The position numbers and the translations under genes are program-made. From Squalus acanthias (lineage: Eukaryota), in NCBI GenBank assembly GCA_030390025.1, contig CM059431.1, positions 120,468,001-120,532,000 of the forward strand: 64,000 nt of DNA, in the 5' to 3' direction. Of the stretch, positions 12,223-23,101 are shown piece by piece. Below the pieces are notes generated by a model, which was given only the letters and a program-made list of their open reading frames with translations, was not told the origin of the DNA and searched no databases. The number at the start of each line of letters is the position of its first letter. Positions within the stretch are counted from its first letter, which is position 1.

Positions 12223-13904
12223 TTTTTAACTGTCCAACTTTATCTTGTTGTCACATTATTTAGCTCTATATAACTCACATATCTGTGGCCCACAATTTTC
12301 TGGGACAATAACAGCAAGTTTAATGCAGCTGCTGTTATTAGTGTGTAAACCCATCAATTTATGGTGAGAAGAGAAATGCCGTGAGTTGTGAATCGCCGCA
12401 AATTGCTGGATGATTTGTGGCGCTCTGCTATTAGCCTCGCAAAAACCAGAGCTCGCCATCAACATCCCCAGGAGTTTCAAGAAATTTCTACATTGGTGCT
12501 GCTAAAATGAATTAAACTTGCTACACAAAGTTAGCGCTGGTATTTAATGACGTAAGGATCGTTTTCATTTATGTTCCTGTAATGTCACTCAACCTCGGCT
12601 CTACATTCAGGTAAGTATATTTTTAAATACTTACCTTTTTGGTGGCGGCCTTCAGTGGTCCCATTAAAGTCTGTTGGTTCGACCGCAGGTAGACTTGCTT
12701 ATCCTAAACGCAGCCGACTTGGCACCGGCAGTGTTCAGGGCAGCCCAATTTCAGGAAGGGGTCCTGAAACAGGCGTTAGAACCCCTATTTGCATATACAA
12801 AGGTCCTAACGCCTGTTTCAGGCATGAGCCCTGGATGCCTACACTTCACCCTTCACCAATATAGTGGCCGGCGCACTTCCACCACGGAATGTGTACATAT
12901 ACGTTGCTCATGATAGTGGTGTAAAATGGGCGTGGTGCCAACAAATTTCTAAGCTAATGAACTGCCATATCTAATTGTAATGGTAGATAGCATGTAGAAG
13001 TCACACTGAGTTTCAAAGGAATCTTAAATTGTGAATGAGCAGTTCAACCACCAGTTAACTATGACCCCTGATGATACCATGGCAAGGGCAGTATGTGCTT
13101 CTGCGCGTACTTGTCCAAGCATTAACCAATACAGGGAGATTTTTCCTGTTCCGCTACAGCTACCTACAAACAGAGGTGATTATTTTTATTTTTATGCAAA
13201 GCTCTGTTAGTTGCACTGTAGTCATTATTAAGCTCAGGAAGGCCTTCATTTACCTAAGCAGGTAGTTTATTTGTGTCATGTAATATTTCTCAACAGACTA
13301 AACATGGGTGATCACCAAAGGCTTTCTGGTCCTCATTGGGAATGGTACCCCTGGGAAATCAGACGTGTTCTTCCCTTGGGTTTCAAGGTTGTACTGAATA
13401 TCCAGCAGTGCCATATTTGTAATGCAACCATTCAACGTTACCTGGGCATTGTTTGCAAGACAGCAAGGATCAAACAACAAACCTACACAAAGGTTACTTT
13501 TGTATTCCCATAGCTGCATTGATCAGCCAGATTACAGACGAATTGCAGCAAACAACTCACATAAATGTCAAGCACTATGGATTTCTGCTCCTCTCTAATC
13601 TATGTATCCTGCTTATCTTCTTCCAGTAAGTCTCAACTCCCAAACTGAATCATAACTATCAACATTATTTATAGTGAACACATCTCTGGAGGAACACAAA
13701 CCATTTAGGCAATACTATCACCATGACGCTTTTTAGATGGAAGCCGCATCTTTGAGCATTCCAAACACAAATGTTAACCCTCTGCACCTGATGAGAATGG
13801 TGCGTGCAAGGGGTTAAAATACCGGCAGTGTGGCACTCAATTTGTCCACGTCACATTTACATCCCGAGCCATTTTAACAGGCGCGTTTCAGGCAGAATGT
13901 TGTT

Positions 13905-16205
13905 GGGCCAGATATTCCGATCCCTATGGGTGGGTACGCGCTGTGTACACACCCGTAGGGACATTGGAAATGCCGGTTTCAGCATGCACAGCGCATGCGC
14001 TGAAAACCGGCATTTCCGATCTGTCAAGAATGGTCTTGACAGATCCTTCGGCTGCACTGGAGAAGGGCCTCTGCGGGCGGATAGTTCCGCTTTTTGGAGA
14101 CCCTCCGCCCGCAGAAAACCCTTACAATTCTTCCCCGTAAAATACTTTAATTTTTTTTTTTTAATTACATTTTTGTTTAAAATACTTAATTTATTGTAAT
14201 TTCAAGTCATTTTAAAAATGTGTTTTTTTTTTCATTTATTTAAAGTTTTACTATGTTTTTTCATTGATCTCCATTCATATATTTGACAGGTCTTCCTGTC
14301 AAATGTATGAAGGGAGATTCCCTTCTGTGATTGGCTCCCCATGGCCCACGTGATCCCAGGGACGCTGTGAACTACATGCGCCCCTGGGGTACGTAGGCCC
14401 TGCGCACCTGCAGTTTGCTGAGGCCCATGTAAAGTTTCGCAATTATCGCGATTCGAAATAATGAGATAGAAGCAGATTCGCTTGATCAGTTTATTTAAAC
14501 GAAATGCTGTCATGATTAAACAGGACACAGAAGCCTGTAAAATGGCCGCCGTGCATCGTGGCAGAAGTTTCCAGAAGTACAGTGGGCAGACAAGATGGCG
14601 TGCGAATAAACATTTTCGATAAGCACTGATAAAGACAGGATGCAACCTGTTTGCATTTGTGACAATAGCAAAAGATATGAGTGCTGGAATCGTTTTCCAT
14701 GCACAAGTAAGGACCATTGTACTGGGCAATTGAAAGCCCATCCAGACACATCAATACACAAATACCCCCACGGCTCTACAATGAGAGAGCCATTCACGGG
14801 TGATTAAGTGAGTATTCGAGGAGGCCCCAAACCCAGTCAGGGAGACTCCTAGCCGGTTCGACAATGGGGAAAACATTAACGAGTAGTTGGCCAGCTTCAA
14901 GTGCTACCGAAACCCGTTAAAGAAGACAACCGCCCCATGCTGGGAGCTTTGTGCACCAGTATTACACAAAGGACAAACATTAAGATTTGGGCGGGAGATA
15001 AGGGAACACAGCACTATAACTATAGTGAACAAATGTCCATCACTCTCTTATCTCTCCTATCCTTATCCTCGGGTATCGCTCTGCTGGACGAGCAGCCTTC
15101 TGTGTTTTCTCTGCACTCTGTCGACTAATGTTGGGTGGAGCTCAATCGGGACGAGCCGCCTCGACGGAGGGCGCGTAACCGGGTGCACCATCCCGAGTGT
15201 CGGTAAACGGTGTTCTGGACCCGAAGGCCCGAAAAAGACAAGACAAGATGAGAAGAGAAGAAGAAGAGTCCACGTGCCGCCGCGGTCAGTAAACCCCGAC
15301 CGCGCCCGAAAATATATAGACCATTTTTGAACTCTATAGGTTGCTGCACGAACCAGTGAAAGACTCTTCTTCGAATTCTATCGACAACCGGTGTCGATAC
15401 AAGAAGACTCTTCTTTGAATTCTACCGGTAACTGGTGTCGGTCCAGGAAGACTTTTTCTTTGAGTTCTACAGCCGGGCCCGAGCACTGTCGAGTTCTTCA
15501 TGACAATGGGGAGCCCAGCCTGCTTGCAGCAGCAGCGAAGATAAACAAGTGGGGTACAGAGACCCCTCCAAACACGTGACAGTCAGGCGCTGCAGCGAAA
15601 CGAGCCGAGTGCCTCACTTTAAAATTCTCCGAAGTATCACGAGTGGTGAGCATGTTTCTCGATCCTACAAATCTAGATGTAGTGTAGGTATTAATAGGGG
15701 AGGGTGGTTTTATTAAGGATAAAGTATAATGTGTTCCCCTTTTTACGATGTGCCGTGCGTTCTTCATTACCATAGACCAAGCTTTATGAATGTATGTATA
15801 CTTGTACTATCGTTAATTTGTGCCGATGACATGTACTTCATGATTTTGGACGCTATGCAATAAAGATTTCCATTTCGTACTATTCAACCGGGTCTATTTG
15901 AGTTTTTCTCTGCATTACTGCTCTCGCACCTAAGTCCAGTGTTAGAACTGTAAGGGCGAGTGGGTCGAACCACTCACAGGTGCTTATTGCAACAAGGCTG
16001 GCCGGAGGCCAGAGCAAGCAATAGCATTAGGCAACGAAGGCCTAACCCCGCACCAGCACCATCTGCGATACAAGCACGACACACAAAAGCCCTTACACCC
16101 AGGAGCGGAAGCGTGTGTGTCCTGGGAGCCCTCAGGTAAGGGCGCTGATTTTTCCAGATCGCAGGCCTCCGCCCGCGGGAGGCCTGCGATCAGAAAATAC
16201 GGGCC
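13905..16205 (+). mobile_element. Non-autonomous Harbinger-type element hosting a solo LTR
   Basis: Colinear with the uninterrupted copy at 56883-57644; TIR gggccagatatt; flanks gtt/att. Confidence 0.85.
14428..16097 (+). mobile_element. Solo LTR (1670 bp) of an ERV or LTR retrotransposon
   Basis: TGTAA...TTACA termini; 4-bp TSD CCCA at 14424-14427 and 16098-16101; empty site visible at 57537-57545. TATATA at 15313 and AATAAA at 15859. Confidence 0.88.
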
Positions 16206-16535
16206 ATTGAAATGCAAAAGTCTGGGTCTGATGATGTGATTCAGAACCTGACTGAATTTTAATTGGCTTTCAGCCGGCCTCAGCAGGGATATCTGGTTCC
16301 AAGGAGCAGTACGCCAGACAGCCTGTTCCGCAATTCTTTTATGGCTGACCTGTACCTCAATCCGAATATTCCTGCCTTTGTTCTATATCCCGGGATACCC
16401 ATACCTAACAAAAATCTATCGATCTCAGTCTTGAAAATATCAATTACCCCAAAATCCATCGCTTTTTGTGGGAGAGAGTGCCATATTTCCACTACCCTTC
16501 ATGTGAAAAGTGCTTCTTAATTTCACTCCTAAATG

Positions 16536-17798
16536 TGGAGATGCCGGTGTTGGACTGGGGTGGACAAATGTGAGAAGTCGCACAACACCAGGTTATAGTC
16601 CAACAGCTTTATTTGAAATCACAAGCTTTCGGAGCACTGCTCCTTTAGCAGGTGAAGTGAAGAGAGCATATAGGCACAGCATATATAGTCAGAGAATACT
16701 GCCAGTGATTACAGTTAATCTTTCTAACTGCCCTTTATCACACCTCGGCAGAGAGATAATCACGGCAATCAAAGGTGTGGATGGTGTCCAAATAGGTCAG
16801 TCAGGAAAACATTACATCAAAGACAATGAGGTGGGGTCACAAGGGGTCAATTGTGGCAGATGCTGGGGTCTGTATGGAAAACAAAAAACTGTTTTTGCTG
16901 GAAATCACAGCAGGTCCAGCTGCATCTGTGTAGAGAGAACCAGCCTGGATGACTCTATGTCAGGTGGGGTTACATGTAGCGTGACATGAACCCAAGATCC
17001 CGGTTGAGGCCGTCCTCATGGGTGAGTAATTTGGCTATCAGTTTCTGCTCGACGATTTTGCGTTGTCGTGTGTCTCGAAGGCAACCTTGGAGAACGGTTA
17101 CCCAAAGATCGGAGGCTGAATGTCCTTGACTGCTGAAGTGTTCCCCGACTGGGAGGGAACACTCCTGCCTGGCGATTGTTGCGCGGTGTCCGTTCATACG
17201 TTGTCGCAGTGTCTGCATGGTCTCGCTGATGTACCATGCTCCGGGGCATCCTTTCCTGCAACGTATGAGGTAGACAACGTTGGCTGAGTCACATGAGTAT
17301 GTACCATGTACCTGGTGGGTGGTGTCCTCACGTGTGATGATGGTATCTGTGTTGATGATCTGGCATGTCTTGCAGAGGTTGCTGCGGCAGGGTTGTGTGG
17401 TGTCGTGGTCGCTGTTCTCCTGAAAGCTGGGTAATTTGCTGCGAACGATGGTCTGTTTGAGGTTAGGCGGCTGTTTGAAGGCGAGTAGTGGAGGCGTGGG
17501 GAACACTTGACACAGTTGACCCCTTGTGACCCCACCTCATTGTCTTTGATGTAATGTTTTCCTGACTGACCTGTTTGGACACCATCCACACCTTTGATTG
17601 CCGTGATTATCTCTCTGCCGAGGTGTGATAAAGGGCAGTTAGAAAGATTAACTGTAATCACTGGCAGTGTTCTCTGACTATATATGCTGTGCCTATATGC
17701 ATCTCTTCACTTCACCTGACGAAGGAGCAGCGCTCCGAAAGCTTGTGATTTTAAATAAAGCTGTTGGACTATAACCTGGTGTTGTGCGACTTCTCACA
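16536..17798 (-). mobile_element. Penelope-like element: GIY-YIG 3' end with a 3' pLTR and an inverted 5' pLTR
   Basis: ORF 16970..17506 has CxxC and GIY-YIG motifs. About 290-bp inverted repeat (16568-16855 vs 17508-17798). TSD tcactcctaaatg at 16523-16535 and 17799-17811. Confidence 0.9.
17712..17748 (+). ncRNA. Minimal type I hammerhead ribozyme (Penelope pLTR)
   Basis: UCAC-CUGACGA-A-GGAGC(AGC)GCUCC-GAAA-GCUU-GUGA: both conserved boxes, stem I, stem II and a palindromic stem III. Confidence 0.8.
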
Positions 17799-18605
17799 TC
17801 ACTCCTAAATGGCCTAGCTCTAGTTTTAAGATTATGCTTTCTTGTTCTGAATTCCAACATCAGAAGAAATAATTTACCTGTGTCTACCCTATCGAATCCA
17901 TTAATCATTTTAAATAGCTCGATTAGATCACCCCTCAACCTTCTAAAATCAAGGGAATACAAGTCACGTTTATGCAAAATGTCCTCATAATTTAGTCCTT
18001 TAAGCCCTGGTATCATTTTGGTGAATCTGTGTTGTGCCCCTTTCAAAGCCAATATTTCTTTCCTGAGGTTTGGTGCCCAAGACTGAACAGAGTACTGCAG
18101 ATGGGGTGTGACCAAGGCTCTGTACCACTGAAGCATTACTTTCTCACTTTTGAATTCCAACCTTCTTGAGATAAAGGCTAACATCCAGTAGCCTTTACGA
18201 TGACTTTTTCTACTTGTGCACCAGTTTCTAGCGATTTGTGCACATGGACACCTAAGTCCTCATCTACCATGCAAGATGTTTACAGATTAGCAGATCATAC
18301 ATTATTAATATGGACACTGTTCTGTACAGAGAGGGATATCTTTCCAAACTGGGTATCTTGGCAACCACAATATAATTATCTGGTGGTTGATCCTCAAAAG
18401 CAAGGATAAAAATCTAAATGAATGTAGAATACCATACTTTTGGAATTTAGTAACATCCATATGTGAACTAACCAACACATGCAAATTGTGCATAAGTTCT
18501 TTGAACACACAAATACAGATCAGTACGATGAGTAGTAGTTTATCCTCACCAGCTATCACTGTCACGGTCACAGTTACTTGAATAGTTTCACACTCAGTCA
18601 TAATG

Positions 18606-19760
18606 ACCTCAAATTTTACAGGGAGTTGCGGGAAGGGTGCACGGGAGCCTGGTAGCGGGTGCCGCACCCGGAGAGTTTGGGGACATGGAGGCCCTGCTGA
18701 TCTTAACGGCAGGGCCTTATTTGAATAAAACTTCCCGGATTCCTGCTGACGCCCAGCCCCAACCCCTCCCAACCTCCGATAGCTGTCCACATTATTCTTG
18801 TCGAGCCTGAAAAAGGACTCATGCTCCTTCAGGCCCCACAGAAATCATTTGAACCTTGACGATTTTTGGTCCTTTTCTCTGGAGCACTGGGTCAAACCTG
18901 ACGGAGAATGTTCCAACCAGTTGTCTCCCAAAAATGGCAATCGGGGTCCTATGTACATTATTATGGATATGATGCTGGACTCGAAACTCAGTGGTCATGC
19001 GCTTAAATCGCATGGCAAGCTGTAAAATTATTGGTCCAAAAATTGCAGTCCGCAGGGTAGCTCTGGAGTACGCTGCGGATCTGCGAAAAGAATACGCACC
19101 TATCTGATGGCGGCCCTTCTTCATAAACTTGCTCTCTGACGCTGGGGCTGGAGGGCAGCGTAATGACCCACGGATCCCAGGGATGCAGGCTGTGCGGAAG
19201 CGTACCTGGTATCACTTGGGCCTGGTCCTCCAATCAGAAAACAGATTGTGTTTCATTCATTTAAATTACTACATTAATACAGCCTTTAAAATACATACAG
19301 ACTTAGCTTTTATTGTGGGAATCCAATTCACTACTCATAATTCCCGCTTCTAAACAAATAATGTGCAGAAAGTTATGAAATGTAAACATTATTTTTTAAA
19401 AACTTATCAGCTTTAACATACAGTAGGATTTCTTCTCATTAAAGCTTTTAATGTTCCTGGATGTCATTTAATTTAAAAAAGCGTATTTTTTTCATTTCGG
19501 GTATCGCCTTATGCTGTGGAAACAGTGCCCTACGCCTTTTTCCAGCAGCCGTAAAATTTCCATACATAATTGCAAGGCAGTTGGTGGGTAATTAGCCCAA
19601 CTCTGCGCCAGCAATTCGTTTTTCGGTGGCGGTGCGGATGGCCTGTCAACGTTGACAGACCGCAAGTTCCGAATTTAGCGCGTACGCAAGCGGATGCGGA
19701 AATCCCGAACTTGCGGTGGATTTCAAAGGAGGTATGACGGCGTACTCTGAGATCCAGGCC
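18606..19760. mobile_element. Two adjacent or overlapping Harbinger-type non-autonomous elements
   Basis: gacctcaaattttac / gtaaaattattggtc ends; the second element (19033-19760) is flanked by att/att. Confidence 0.55.
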
Positions 19761-20167
19761 ATTATTTTTTTCAAATCTGGTAATTTGTGGGCGACCAACA
19801 TAAAATGATCATCAAACCTGATGGATTGTCCTAAAAAACCCAACAAGTTCACTAATGCCCTTCAGGGAAGGGGACCTGTCATCCTTACCTGGTCTAGCCT
19901 ACCTGGTCTGGCCTACACGCAACTATCGCACTACATTGGTTGACTTTTAACACCCTCAAGTCACTTCGGGATGGGCCACAAATCCTGAGAAGAAAATATC
20001 ATTAAAAAAAAAATCCTAACAGTAATATGCAGGCATCAAATATTAGATTGTATATTCAAATCCTTTGCTTAACAACATTTTCAAAAGTAAATGGATCAGA
20101 AATGTTATAACAGAAATAATTATTGTGAGATTGTTGAAAAACCTGACAATTGAATGATCAGAAACAT

Positions 20168-20352
20168 GGGTTAGAAATTGATCTCGGGCAACAGCCCAAA
20201 ACGAACGGTATCGGATCGGTCGCCCATTATACTCAGTGCCTGATATTCAGTCTGTTGACTGCAATGGAACTGAATATCAAGCACAGTGTATAATGAGCGA
20301 CCAATCCGATACCGCCCGTTTTGCGCCACCGCCTGAATCGAATTTCTAGGCC
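20168..20352. mobile_element. Palindromic Harbinger-type MITE (185 bp)
   Basis: Imperfect inverted repeat over its whole length; gggttagaaatt / aatttctaggcc ends; cat/aat flanks. Confidence 0.85.
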
Positions 20353-21439
20353 AATATTAAATTACAGTTCGTTATCAATGACTGTCTTCATCACTTAAGA
20401 TCACAGGATGACTTTGTGCTTCTGGCAGAGTCTTGACCACTGGGAGTGCACATTCGGAACTTGGGTACATGCTCCCTACCACTTTTCATCTACTAAAATT
20501 AATGTAAAATTGCCCAAAACATTCCAGAGGCTTGTGCAAAGACAACTACTAAAGGTTATAGCTGTAGGATTTATGATATATATGGGTCTTTCATACTTCT
20601 GAAAGCTATTTTATAAATCTCAGCCCACTGTGCCATCCAATACTTACTGTTCGGGTTTGCAACAAAACTGTTTCTCTCATTGAAGCTAAGAGTTAATTTC
20701 TGGAATAGAACCCTCTCAGCAGCTTGTGTTTCAAGGTTTAACTAAATTCGATGAACTTCAATAAGAGAAACTACATGGGGGATAACACGCTTGCCCTATT
20801 CATTTTGCAGGATTAATCTTAAAATCTCAGCGGTATCAGTTGTAAATAATCACTTGGCTATGACCGGTTACATTTGGCAAGTGATTATTCATAGGATCAG
20901 CTGAAGGTCAGCTGTGCAATGATGCTTTAAACTAATTAACTTAGTGCAAAGTGAAATCGCAGAAGAGAAGGAGTTGTGACAAGGTAGCAGTGGACATAGA
21001 CCGCAATCAATCAATGTACTCATTAAAAAGCAATTGGTTGTTCCCACTCTTGAAGTATTGTAATTATATATAGTTTGCTTTATTTCATTTATTTGGCTAA
21101 TATTTTCTAAAAATATTTTCAAATATAACTATTAGGGGTAAAAATTCAGTTGGTTGCGCCTCCCGTTAGCGCCTTAAATGGGCGCTAATGGGGCGTTAAG
21201 GCGCTAACGCCCGGGCACAGCGCTGTTTGCGCCACTCGAGAACTTAACTTGAGATTGTGCGGCGGCGCTAAAACTTACCGCTGCGACCACCTGCGCGCGC
21301 AGATTGTGACGTCATTCCGTGGTGCAACGCCCTTGGGGCGCCCCGGAGCGGAAATTGAGTGGCGCCCCCTGCCTTACCGCCTGGCGCTTCCAACGACCGG
21401 AAGACTGGAACGTTATCAATCGGTGTGGGGCTGGGGGGG

Positions 21440-21545
21440 GCGCTATTTAAAGGGGGCCTCTTCCTGTCTTTTTCTGTGGTCGACATTTATGCACCACTCG
21501 TTCTGAGAGAGAGAGAGAGATTCGGAGAGAGAGAGAGAGAGACTT
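21440..21545 (+). promoter_or_regulatory. Putative transposase promoter (TATA-like TATTTAAA followed by a (GA)n tract)
   Basis: GC-rich subterminal region, then ctatttaaagggg, then a GA microsatellite about 100 bp upstream of the ATG. Confidence 0.4.
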
Positions 21546-21646
21546 CTACATTGACTCAACGCTTTGTGAGGTAGTTTTGCCTAGTTCATCCTAACTTTGC
21601 TGCTACTTTTGTTGCTGTACCTCATTACTTTTCTGGCAAAGAGAAT

Positions 21647-22807
21647 ATGGGGGCTGCAATGATTGGGGGCGTCGTCCTGCTCCAGCTCAATCGGAGGAGA
21701 GTGAGACGCAGACAGAGAGTGGCAATGATGGCCAGACGGAGGAGGGCCATCAGGCGCATGTACAGGAGAGCTTACCCTCCCAGGGTATATCGTGAACAGC
21801 TCTCCTACATCCACATGTCCGAGGAGCTGTGTTTGCGAAGGCTGCGATTCAGCAAGGAGGTGGTCACTGAGCTCTGCCACCTGCTGCAGCCAGATCTGCA
21901 GCCTCAGCTGAGGTCCAGGACGTCTCTGTCGGTGGCAGTGAAGGTCACAGTGGCTTTGAACTTCTACGCCACTGGCTCATTCCAAGCTGCTGTTGGGGAC
22001 CTCGCCAATATCTCCCAGTTTGCGGTGCATCGCTGCATCCGGCAGGTCACCAATGCCCTCTTCACAAGGAGACGAGACTTCATCTCCTTCCCTATGACCC
22101 CAGACAAGCAGCATGACCGTGCTATGGGCTTTGCGAGGGTAGCGGGCTTCCCCATGGTGCAGGGCGCCATTGACTGCACGCATGTGGCTTTGCGTGCTCC
22201 GCGAGAGAATGCAGAGGAGTTCTGGAACAGAAAGGGGTTCCATTCCTTGAATGTGCAGTTGGTCTGTGACCACAGACAGGTGATTCTCGCTGTCAATGCC
22301 CACTATCCGGGCAGCTGCCACGATGCTTTCATCCTGCGCCAGAGTACTGTGGCAGAAATTTTCGAGGCACCGCATCAGCCAGTTGGTTGGCTTCTGGGGG
22401 ACAAGGGGTACGCATTGAGCACCTGGCTGATGACACCGCTCCGTGCGCCAAACACCCCTGCTGAGCTGCGGTACCAGGAAAGCCAACAAGCAACGAGGAA
22501 CATTATTGAGCGCACAATCGGCGTGCTCAAACAACGATTCCGCTGTCTGGACCATTCCGGAGGAGCCCTGCAGTACTCGCCTGAGCAAGTTTCCAAATTC
22601 GTAGTGGTGTGCTGCATGTTGCACAACATGGCAATCCTCAGGACGCAGCCAATGCCACCAGGCCTTGCAGCACCACAAGAGGAGGAGGAGGAAGAGGAGG
22701 AACAGGCCGAGGACGATGATCAGCAGCAGCACCAAGGCAGGAGGGCGGCCCACAATGGTCAAACTGCAAGGGCCGTCCGTCAACGACTAATAGCAAGCCG
22801 CTTCTAG
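21647..22807 (+). CDS. Harbinger (HARBI1-like) DDE transposase, 386 aa, uninterrupted
   Basis: Motifs [56 protein letters not shown] and CCMLHN. N-terminal HTH-like region (LNFYATGSFQ) and an acidic C-terminal tail. Confidence 0.95.
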   Translation: MGAAMIGGVVLLQLNRRRVRRRQRVAMMARRRRAIRRMYRRAYPPRVYREQLSYIHMSEELCLRRLRFSKEVVTELCHLLQPDLQPQLRSRTSLSVAVKVTVALNFYATGSFQAAVGDLANISQFAVHRCIRQVTNALFTRRRDFISFPMTPDKQHDRAMGFARVAGFPMVQGAIDCTHVALRAPRENAEEFWNRKGFHSLNVQLVCDHRQVILAVNAHYPGSCHDAFILRQSTVAEIFEAPHQPVGWLLGDKGYALSTWLMTPLRAPNTPAELRYQESQQATRNIIERTIGVLKQRFRCLDHSGGALQYSPEQVSKFVVVCCMLHNMAILRTQPMPPGLAAPQEEEEEEEEQAEDDDQQQHQGRRAAHNGQTARAVRQRLIASRF

Positions 22808-22918
22808 GGCCCCTGCCAGTGCTACAAACACGAATCAACCCAGCACGCAACCCCTAAGCCGGCCAAGGCACCAATAATTCCAACCACCAGCCATGTATAT
22901 TTTGAATACAGAAACTTA

Positions 22919-22974
22919 TTTATTGTACAAACTCTGTGTGTGTCAATTCCTCATGACAAACTCATAGAAATAAA
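22919..22974. terminator. Convergent polyadenylation signals between the two Harbinger genes
   Basis: AATAAA on the minus strand (tttatt, 22919-22924) and on the plus strand (22969-22974), lying between the two stop codons. Confidence 0.55.
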
Positions 22975-23101
22975 CACAAAAAAACAGTCAATAACATAAC
23001 TGGTTCTCACAACCTGGAGATAATGTCCAAAACACTAAACAAAAGTTGGGCCATGAACCTCGGCCTTTAATAAAAAAATGACCAGCATTTTGGCACACCT
23101 C

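Larger units (their letters stand above)
16320..18260 (-). mobile_element. CR1 LINE 3' fragment interrupted by a Penelope-like element
   Basis: MLAFISRRLEFKS...YRALVTPHLQY...RRLRGDLIELFKMING and WHSLPQKA...FKTEIDRFL. Confidence 0.88.

Noticed and set aside
15358..15470. CRISPR-like repeat-spacer pattern
   Set aside because: Units are simple diverged tandem copies inside an LTR in eukaryotic DNA; no cas genes.
14232..15773. ORFs within the solo LTR as viral accessory genes
   Set aside because: Mostly non-ATG starts, some cross the LTR boundary, and no motifs were recognisable.
21647..22807. Domesticated host gene HARBI1 (with NAIF1)
   Set aside because: Enclosed by TIRs and a TSD, paired convergently with a partner gene, and has a cognate MITE; it is a transposon, so no gene symbol is given.
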